Assembly: GCA_043228905.1 (NCBI GenBank)
Contig: JBHGNT010001328.1
Location: 1-9,771, forward strand
Source: Azolla caroliniana
Lineage: Eukaryota > Plantae > Polypodiophyta
Length of the DNA stretch: 9,771 bases
Reading direction: 5' to 3'
The notes below the pieces were generated by a model. The model was not told the origin of the DNA. It did not search any database and saw only the letters and a program-made list of their open reading frames with translations. Positions 1 to 9,100 of this stretch are shown here, one piece after another. Made by a program: the position numbers and the translations under genes. Within the stretch, counting starts at the first letter, position 1, and the number at the start of each line of letters is the position of its first letter.

Positions 1-142
1 GTCTTGGCCACCTCCCTACATATACTATCATCCTTGGCATGCCAACTCGTTTTGACCTACCTCAATTGCTTCACCTACAACCCTCCACAACCACCACTAT
101 TAGAGACATGAACTAATGTAAGCATTAGATAAGGATAGAATA

Positions 143-158
143 TAGATAGATAGATAGA
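143..158. repeat. (TAGA)4 microsatellite within the LTR
   Basis: tagatagatagataga inside a purine-rich tract at about 125-180. Confidence 0.8.
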
Positions 159-368
159 AAGGAGTGAGAGAAAGAAGGGTGCCGATCCACCTGACCACCC
201 CCGAGCGAAGGGATCGAGACAGACTCGAGCCTCGATTGGCGTCCCATACCATCGCCGTGGTGTCGAGTCGTACCTAGTGCTAGCGCACTCACTACAAGAG
301 TTGACCCACCACAAGACAGAGTCTCGACGCAGTCAACAAGATGATGAAATGAGGGTAGCTAGGCATCT

Positions 369-377
369 TATTTATAG
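369..377 (-). promoter_or_regulatory. TATA box of the solo LTR (CTATAAATA)
   Basis: Plus-strand tatttatag; consensus plant TATA about 180 nt inside the LTR 5' end, which orients the LTR on the minus strand. Confidence 0.55.
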
Positions 378-1214
378 CGATACCCAAGGCCCCTAGGCAA
401 GTTCACACTTGGCCTAATGGGTTGTATCAATCCCGAGGATTAAAAGTAATCCTCCCCTTCTTTACACTCTCGTTTAACCCTCACACTTATCCACATGTAT
501 AGAATACTACGGTAAATTCTCACCACGGGATATTCTATGGTCATGCCCGTAACAACCACCACCAAAATCCCCCTCCCTTCCCCCTCCCTTCCACTCACCA
601 ATGATATGTTATAGATCCTTCTTTTAGTCAACACCTCACATGATATTCACCTTGACCTTTCTCTCACAACACATTCCCTATCTATCTCCCCTTTTTGTAG
701 TCTACAACCCTTGACCTAATAAACTATGCCCCTTAATATGAAACATGTAGTGCACAAACATTCGGTTGCCGTACTTGTTGGACATTGCACTCTCCATGCT
801 TTCTCAATGGCATTGGTACAAGTTCAGGGTTAGAGAGTACTACCTAATAATGCTTAAGATTGAAGTGTAAGGATCTTGTGTCCAATACAAGTCTAAGATG
901 GGCTTGGGCTAAATGTCTTTTGTAAGAGAAGTATAAATTTTTGACTCTTCACATTGTCTTCTTCTCATTCTTCACATTCTATATTCAATGCTTGAGCTTT
1001 CTTCTATAAATCTTAAAAGCTTAAACCTTTGTAAAAATGGTTGATTAATTATCAATCTTTCCTATTTGAGAGTTGTTTACCATTCTGTTAAGCGGTTAAA
1101 GCTTCTTTAACTAGCTTGTAGTTTAATAATCATTTCTTTGTATAATCACTTTTTTATTTATTTTTAAATCATGAAAATGGTGGATTTTAAACCTTTTTTA
1201 TAGTATATTTGAGA

Positions 1215-1955
1215 ATGTATGATACTGGTATCAATGTGTTTTGTATTATCACTGAAAAAGTATTGAAAAAGGGACATGGATTTATAGTGCAGGATGGTAG
1301 CGTGTTCCAATGTGATGGGGTGAGACTTGGCACAAATTCTGAATTTTTTGAGGAGATTTGGCTTATGGTGGTGTGCTTATCAGTTTAGCACATTCGGACC
1401 ATGTGCCGTAAGTTTGTTTTTCAGTAGCAAAAGCTCTCATGCGGGGAGGTGATGTTAAATATTTGGCTTGAGCTTGTGGCTTGGTTGCGTGGACGATATG
1501 ACTCAATTCAGGGGGAATAAGATGAAGTAGAAAGGACAAAGTCAAAGTTCTTGCTGAAATGGGGTAGTTTTCCCATGATAGTCAAATCTTCGACGAGGCC
1601 TAAGTGGAATTATCAGGCCCCTAGGTGGTTGTTTATGCCGATGGCTCCCAATATTATACATGGGATGTAATTATATATGTATACATGAAGCACAAGTGGG
1701 TTAGCATAGTTGCGTTACCTGGATAACTTTGTTATAAAAGAGTTTGTTGGGAGAAGTAGAGTCAGGGTAAAATGGGGTTTATTTCAGTTTTGTTGTGAGT
1801 TAAGGGTCGTGTGAGTTTTTGTTTTTGTTTTTGATAGTTTTGGAGTTGTTCCTCTGACTTGTATATGTTGATCCCACGGAGGATTCGGGTAAACTTTGTT
1901 GTATTCTTTTTGCTAACTAATGCGAAGTAGTGTTTTTTTTGTAAAAGAAAAAAAA
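1215..1955 (+). mobile_element. Degenerate 5'-truncated L1-type LINE: ORF2 C-terminus, T/G-rich 3' UTR and A-rich tail
   Basis: One frame (1215-1670) reads ...FFEEIWLMVVCLSV*HIRTMCRKFVFQ*QKLSCGEVMLNIWLELVAWLRGRYDSIQGE*DEVERTKSKFLLKWGSFPMIVKSSTRPKWNYQAPRWLF...*. This fits the Trp-rich W..(I/L)WxIWxxR..xVF ... IW ... W..PxWL tail of L1-clade ORF2. It has three in-frame stops (1386, 1425, 1518) and no frameshift. An A-rich tail, aaaagaaaaaaaa, lies at 1943-1955. The 5' boundary is approximate and no TSD was found. Confidence 0.7.
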
Positions 1956-4099
1956 TTGTCACGATGAGATAAATCAATAGGTAAATTTGAATCTTTTTTA
2001 TTTTTTAGTTTTTAACATAATCCTTAATGACTAACTTCTCTTATGTTAGAGTAGTAATAAAAGTAACATAAAATTGTAACCATTAGATAAAGTAATAGAT
2101 AGATTGTGAATCTAATTTTTTTTCTAATGACTAAATTGTCCTCCATTTTTTAGTAGTAATCATGAGATTGCACCACTTAAATGAAGTGATCATGAATGTA
2201 CCCCCACAAGTTGTACACATTGGAGACCTTATACAATTACATTTTTAGTGTTGTTTTACCCGGTATTCAAAACCCATAGGCATAAATAATCTTTTAAAAA
2301 GAGTTGTGTCTTCAATGTACATTTATAACATTCATACGTAAAGCTCATTATATATGTGTGTAGCTTAACTTTCCTCTTTGTGCATGGACGCCATTGATAG
2401 TAATACATGTAATCCAATCCCTGTTTTAGGATGTGTCATTTCTGTCACTAACCAACCACCAAAGTCCAAGGGCACTTCCATAAGTGCGCTTAAAGAGGTA
2501 AATGTTGCCAAAGTTAGGGTGTCAGAAATTAATTTGTCAACATTCATTCAATCCATATGTATGCAAGTGCAAATGCAAATGTGACAAAATTTCACAATTA
2601 ATGCTATTATTAGAATGCTAGATTTTTCCTTTTTTATGTACTCCCTTTTTTGCAAGTGGTTACACTAGGTTCTTCTTGACAACCTATGTTAGATTCACAC
2701 ATTGTAATTGTCCCGTAAGACTTTTGACAATCCTTGATCATCAATCTTTGGTACTGAAGATTAAAATATATGATTTTAGATGTGGACCACTTTATTGGAC
2801 CAACTTAATCAACGTATTAGTAGCGGATTTGTGGATGTAATTACGTTATTAGACCAACTTGATAATCATGTTGATATGCATTGAAAATTGATACATTGAA
2901 AATGTTATTCAATGCACATCCATATACATGGATATGCCAATACCAACATGTTAGACATCTCCTTTAACCCTTTCCTAGATAGGGAATCCCATTTTAGTCA
3001 TATTTGGTTTTATTAGAGTAGACAATTTGACTATTGGAGATTTTGGGTTTAGAATGTTGTCTTCATATTCCGATCTACTTTCTTATCTTCTTGATCATTA
3101 TCACCCACAAGGGTTTTTGTGCTCATCTTGTGTGTTTCCAATTGTGAGTAACTCTTAATGCCATGAAATTAATTGCCCTAAGTTGATGGAGTTTAAGCTT
3201 TCTAGCCGAGTTACATAGTGTATATCAAGATATTAGCAAATTTGAATATTAAATAACTTGATCTCTTTTTAATATTTGTTAACTCTGAATTGCGTTCTTT
3301 GTTAGTATGAACACAACTTTTAATCAAAATTGAAAAAGTTTTTCGAAGCCCTTCCTATTCGTGTTGTGTTGCACGTCTATAGAAGATTAATATAGAGTAC
3401 TAAATATACATTTTGGCTTTTCGAGCGTACAAATACCTGCAAATAAATTTGAGTTAATACGTTCTCGGTATTTAACATTTACTTTTGTTCCAATACTCTT
3501 CGCTCGACTTTTGTTTCATTTACTTTAACAAATGACAAATGGTGAATACTCGTTGTGAAACATGTCATTTCCCAACCTTGTCAAATTCATTCTCACTTGA
3601 CTCTATCAAACTAATCGCTGTGGTATTCTTACCCAATGGACTAACGATATTAAGCTTAATCGGATGGATGTGTGTGTCTAGTTGAAGCTTATAATGTACA
3701 TATTGGCTCTTGTTCATCATAGATCTATAGGCATGTTGTATGAAGAAGTTATGTTCTTTTGTAGACTGGATGAAGTTTTTGCTATGCATTTTACATTACC
3801 AAGTTTGACAATGTTTTGAGTGTTGCGAATGGAGGTATGTCCTATGAATGAATATCAGAATGGAGATGGGAATGTGTTGAAAGAAGCAAAGAAAAAAAAG
3901 AGCTAAAGACACAAGCTAGTAATCACCATGGTCCATGGGTGCAAAAATACAACATAGACAATGATCTAATAACTAAGAAACTCAAACGAAAAGTGCATTT
4001 GTAAATCCAAATGCTTGTGTTAATCCCTCTTCCCACTCCTCATCTTCATAAAGCTTATGTATATGTATATATTTCATCCTACACAAGTAGGTTTCAAAT

Positions 4100-4192
4100 T
4101 GGAGGCACACGATACATTCTTTATCATTCAATTCCTTGATTTTATTAGAGGAATGAAAACCTCTCTTTAAAGGGTGGGAGCAATTTGAGGAC
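4100..4192 (+). mobile_element. Possible highly decayed 3' end of a Ty3/Gypsy chromovirus pol (chromodomain tail plus polypurine tract and LTR start)
   Basis: With frameshifts it reads (W)EAHDTFFIIQFLDFI..ENLSLKGGSN, resembling the WE...QFPDF.LED....KGG end of chromoviral integrase. PPT-like aaagggtgggag at 4169-4180 is followed by caa-tttgagg. Confidence 0.3.
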
Positions 4193-4842
4193 TATATGTC
4201 TAGTTATATGATCAAGATACATAGTACAAATGTAAGTGGTGTTGAAGCATCAATAAAGTGCCTCTCTAAAAGAGTAGAGGTGTTGGTGATGCATGCAAGT
4301 GGTAATTGACATTTTTTCCAAACCATACTTTATTGGGTATCAACTAGAAAACCACAAATTCGATAGTTAGCAACAAAGAAAGAACATATTCTGAAAGATC
4401 TGGAAACCATTTAAGATCAACTTACCATCTACTGTTTGTAGCCATCTTTATTGATGCAGAAGGCCTTCATCTTAATTAATCAAAACAATAAAAACCTCTT
4501 AAATAATTCAATATTATTCCCCTAACCTACCACTACTCCAAAAGCTCTAGAAGGTCAATCATTGTGTTATAAACATGCTACCCTATCAATGGCTAGAACG
4601 TGTGAGAGTGTATTGTGATGAATTATATGATGCTATATGCTTAACGTTATTGCTATATCAATTTATTTGTTATTTACAATTGATTTAAAACCTTTTATTT
4701 AACAAATACCTAAAATGTTCTATTTAAATGCATTACATTAACACCTCATAATGTATTAAAAAATAGGGAAATAAACATAACATGTTTTAGATGTTAAAAG
4801 ATGACTTGAAATTTTGAGCCAAGATGCTACACACCTTCCAAT

Positions 4843-5010
4843 GACATTTGCATAGATATTGGTAACAAAGTGGCTTGTATAAAAGATGTGTTCCAAGTTT
4901 TTTATGGGTTTATATGACATGATTCAATGTTCGTATGAGGGAGATACTTGCATAGATATTGGTAGCCAAGTGGCTTGTACAAAAGATGCGCTCCGAGTTT
5001 AATATGTGTT
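4843..5010. repeat. Direct repeat, 2 x 68 bp (4843-4910 and 4943-5010), offset 100 nt
   Basis: Ungapped manual alignment gives 57/68 identity; core ttgcatagatattggta...aagtggcttgta.aaaagatg. Confidence 0.9.
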
Positions 5011-5454
5011 CGTTATTGAGTTACGATGCAAACAAGAGTCAAACCACAAATGGGATAAAAAGAGTCAGCATCTAAAGCAAATTCATGAAGACTCTTCTTT
5101 TATCTCATATTCTCAATGTTATAGGCATTTGTAGTTCCCATGTACATGGTTGCCACTCGTCTTCGCTAACAAACCCACATAGATTAGGTATGCATAAGGT
5201 GGAAGAAGAGATAATGGATTCAAAAATCTTTCTATATATTCTCATTAACAAAGAGTAATTGCTTAGAATTCGTGTTCACACTAACTGGTCAACCTTAAAT
5301 TCCTGGTCAGACAAGATGGACCATACTCATACGAGTACCACGGTAATAAATGCATGGAAACTAGAGGAAACAAGAGGTGCATGAAGTTGTCCACAGTTTC
5401 AGGTCTTCCTACAGATATTTGCAAAATATTGACTTGCTAGACGTATGGTGAATT

Positions 5455-6076
5455 CTAAAACAAACAATATGATCTATTACCAATAAGTCGAATAAAGTAA
5501 GAAAATGATGTATAGAACAGTATTATCCATTATCTTTTCCCATAGAAGAACAGTAGAAACTTAACACATTGGTTCTTAGCAAAACATGTCTTCTCTGAGA
5601 TGAAGCAACTTCTCTTTATAATATTTAAGGAGATTCAGTCATGTATTCAATAACTAAAGATTTCAGATATTATATAAAAGGAAGATCTACAATAACAAAT
5701 CTCAGTTAATTTGCTAATTGATTTGGAATTCATTTCCATATCAAATTCTATAAAATTTAGGTCAATCTACAAAAAGAATTCCATATCAACTCAACAAACT
5801 CATAGATCTACAAAAAAGAATACAATTGATTTTATTAATCTTGGTTTTAAATTATAGATTGAGCAGGTAGAATAAATACCTTTTCCTATATTCACAAGTA
5901 AGAGACTCTTAGCAAACACAACCATCATTGATCATTGATGGTGGTTATGAACAAAACGGAAGTAAGGAAATTACTTTTGATTACTTCACATGTTGGCATT
6001 ATGTTGAAACCCTAAATTGCATGTTGTGCAATGAATATCATCTGCAAGTTGCACCTGGCATAACCAGGACACTAAC
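5455..6076 (-). other. Putative 3'-UTR intron of the CIPK gene (622 nt if removed as one intron)
   Basis: Donor-like T|GTTAGT 1 nt after the stop codon; very AT-rich, repeat-containing interior; U-rich acceptor ...tattgtttgttttag|AATTC at 5455, followed by sequence of more balanced composition. Confidence 0.5.
5685..5821. repeat. Degenerate short tandem duplication (roughly 40-45 nt spacing)
   Basis: atctacaa at 5685, 5765 and 5806; ttccatatcaa at 5734 and 5779. Confidence 0.55.
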
Positions 6077-6077
6077 A

Positions 6078-6152
6078 TCATCTTTGGTCATCACATTGGC
6101 CCTCAGATTTCCATACGATGTCCTTGATCCCGGTGGACAATTTTTTGTAAAA
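6078..6152 (-). CDS. CIPK last coding exon 14 (75 nt to stop): [24 protein letters not shown]
   Basis: tgcag|TTT; FYKxLxxGxKDIVWK motif; TGA at 6080-6078. Confidence 0.93.
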   Translation of the reverse strand, partial: FYKKLSTGIKDIVWKSEGQCDDQR

Positions 6153-9100
6153 CTGCACCCCAGTAGAAAACATAGGAATTCATTATTTTAGAGTAAAAGT
6201 GTCCATATGAAAAGGTGAAATATTTTAAGACTATAAATCAAAGAGAACAAGAAAAAAAACCGTGTGATATTCGAGAGAGTCTCCACCAGATTTCCGCACT
6301 TCAACCATAAATAGAGCAGGGGCTACTTGAAATACCTATATCATTTTTATCAAAAATAAAAATGAGGCTTTCTCTTCTAGGATAAAATATATATGCATAT
6401 GCCTTTATCTTCTAGCATATGATATATACACAGATAAATGTGCGTGCACTTCTATATATAGTGTCACTGAGATTATACCTCTGTTGCCACAGAAAGATGG
6501 CCTTTCCTTCCTGTTTTCTCACCCTTCAACTTCATCTGCATTATTAAACATTTAAATGTAACTGAAAATATCAAATATTTCCATTTTTGAATTGTGAAAC
6601 AATTGGTTATTTATATTTATGCATTCTCATGGTTCAGGGGAATGAAATATCTGAAGGAATGGAAATACTTAAATAAGTAAACAGTCCAGAAAAGCATAAA
6701 AGAGAACTACACAATCTGGCTAAAAGGTCAATAATTTATTTACCTTGCGTTTAGATTATAGGGCATGAAACCAAATATTACAAAAGATCTATACAAAGGC
6801 ATGGAAATAATCTAGACAAAGCATAAAAGAGAACTATACAAGTTGCCGAAAAAGTTTTAGACTGGGTACTAAACGATATTGAATGCAAGTTGTGCCAGCC
6901 TTGTTTTGTTACTTGTGCTGGGATTTATATTTTATTATTGCCTCATCTTGAAAAACATATGAGCGCTAATTTTGTTCCCCTTCTTTAGAGGGTTATGGAC
7001 GAAGCAATGTTATTTAATTTCATAATCTCAACTTTCGAAATGTCAGTTCATGGTGTCTTAACATAAGGAATATCAATTCCAATGCTGACCAAGGTTTCCA
7101 GTGATGGCATTCCTCACAAGCAGATTCACCCCACTCCAAGAAAACTCCGATTCCAGAACTTGAGATTAAATATTGCCTCAAACATATTAGAGTGAAATTA
7201 TTAAGAAATATTAAAACTTGAGAAATGAGTAGTAGACGTAGTATCAAGACAATAACATGGCATTTCTACCTTGTAATCCTTTTTCTGGACATTGAAGCCC
7301 AAAGGCTTGGCTGCTTCTTCAATCTTTGCCACAATCTCCTTAGGAGGATGCTTCGATGTAAATCTAGTCTCTCGATTTACTAAGCCCTATGATAAAAAAT
7401 CATCCACATGAAGATATTCAGCGCTGAAGTTCTCATCAATAATAACTTACAGAAGCAGAAACTTTGAAAACAGATGGTTACCTTTTGTTTCTCAAATAGT
7501 GTAGACAGATTCAGCCCTTGTGACAAAGAAATTAAGTCAAATGCGTTCATCGACACAGGAGTGGTCTCTTTTTCTTCAACAACTAGGTGTTCCTATAAAA
7601 TAATAGAAGTACAATTTCAATAGGAACCAAACACAAACAGACAAAAAGTTAAGTGATAACAGGAAATATAAACCCTACAGAGGAGTTGTTAAAGACAGCA
7701 TCAATATCCTCCAAAGTAACATCTTCCTCTTCAATGAATTTAGGAGGTGAGTAGCCCTTCTTGAACCATGAATTCTGTAGAATCTCAGGTATAGTAATTC
7801 GCTGGAAAAAATCAGTAGTCCAGAAAGATGAGTGTATAGGCATCGAATGTAAAGAGCCACAAACAGCCATACTTATAAAACATCAGCTTACAGTTTTTGG
7901 ATTGGGGTCCAGTATTCTGCATATCAATTGCTGTGCTCCTGCTGAGAACCATTTTGGGCATGTAAAATCTGCCTTATGAATCTGTGCCAATCCAAAAAAA
8001 AATCAAGCAACAAATTAAACCCCAGTATAAATGTTACATAAAGGAGCAGAAAATGGTGACACACCTTTTTATATAAGGCCATAAGATTCTCTTCATCAAA
8101 CGGTAAGTAGCCAGCCATTAACACATATAAAATAACGCCACAAGACCACAAATCCGCAGTTGCCCCATTGTAGCCTTTGTCATTTATAACCTGGAAGATA
8201 AAACTGAATTAAAATTTCTTTAAATCAAAGATATATATCTACATATTTTATTCTAATTACCTCAGGAGCCACATAATTTGGTGTACCACATGTGGTGTGC
8301 AGGAGACCATCTTCCTGAAAATAACATAACACTGAATTTAGTTGATTTGGCTACATGATGTTGTTTGATAACTATGTTGAGTTTATGGTAAATGATCTGA
8401 TTCATCCCATAAGATCATTGTGTTAATTTCTTTCCTTATCTCAATGAAAATACATGTTCATGCTAACATATTTATGTAACACTTGATTCATATTCTAACT
8501 TTCATCCCATAAAATCATTAATGTTAATTGCTGTCCTCAACTGCATGAAAATACATGCTCATGCACATTTTTTCTTGATGCACATTTTCTCTTTTCACTA
8601 AACATTTTTGTTCAGTGTACATTAACACTCAAATTGTCAATTTCTCTAAATGAATTATGCTACATGGATATTCTTTATTAAAACACATATTGACAGTGCA
8701 CTTTTCACTCAAATTCCAAACCTTTGTTGCTTGGTGAATGCATGTCATGAAATTACTCCTTACCCGGATTTGTTGTGGTAGAGCACTTAATCCAAAGTCT
8801 GATATTTTGAGATTTCCTTGTGAATCGAGAAGCAAATTTTCAGGCTGCAAAACATCATAGTGAATATATCGATAAAAGACTTGAAATGATTCTAGATAAA
8901 ATCCAATAAACGGGTAAGCACCTTAAGGTCTCTGTGAAAGACTCCTCGACTATGACAATAGTCCACAGCATTTATAAGTTGTTGAAAATACCTCCTAGCT
9001 TCATCTTCTTTGAGTTTTGATCGATGAACCTAGAGAAGACACAAAGTCTTCTTCATAAAGGAGTTAACGGAAAATGAATTCTAACTGGAGAAAATCATTT

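Larger units (their letters stand above)
98..554 (-). mobile_element. Solo LTR of an LTR retrotransposon (457 bp) with 5-bp target-site duplication ACCAC
   Basis: ACCAC flanks both ends (93-97 and 555-559). On the minus strand the element starts TGTTAC and ends CTAATA (CA mutated to TA). The termini form an imperfect inverted repeat: tattagagacatgaac versus tgttacgggcatgacc, 11/16 identical. It has an internal TATA box, is CpG-rich relative to the window, and has no PBS or coding sequence directly adjacent. Confidence 0.75.

Noticed and set aside
75-634. ORFs 75..314 and 440..634 (minus strand)
   Set aside because: They cross the solo-LTR boundaries, include microsatellite-derived low-complexity sequence and show no protein motif.
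1363-1977. ORFs 1363..1545 and 1762..1977 (minus strand)
   Set aside because: Antisense shadows of the LINE ORF2 remnant and its T/G-rich 3' UTR.
2965-2975. TTAACCCTTT, resembling a piggyBac-type terminus
   Set aside because: No matching inverted end (AGGGTTAA) found in the window.
2365-3300. Overlapping ORFs 2365..2547 and 2378..2584, plus short repeats and hairpins at 2780-2935
   Set aside because: No recognisable domain in the frames I translated. Stems are 9 bp or shorter in AT-rich DNA. Probably decayed repeat sequence that I cannot classify.
3565-3789. 74-aa minus-strand ORF
   Set aside because: No motif; length compatible with chance; no supporting exon chain.
3765-3834. In-frame TGA near a Cys codon as possible selenocysteine
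   Set aside because: Land plants are not known to encode selenoproteins, there is no selenoprotein motif or SECIS evidence, and CGA-to-TGA decay or chance is simpler.
5928-6191. 87-aa plus-strand ORF antisense to the last CIPK exon; likewise 7761..7979
   Set aside because: Antisense shadows with no motif; 5928..6191 also lacks an ATG start.
7418-7439. C-box-like TGATGA and D-box-like CTGA in the intron between exons 10 and 11
   Set aside because: The boxes span only about 22 nt, far too short for a box C/D snoRNA.
7649-8850. ORFs 7649..7870, 7675..7860, 7924..8151 and 8629..8850 as independent genes
   Set aside because: They are CIPK exons read through into introns, or an off-frame overlap of an exon.
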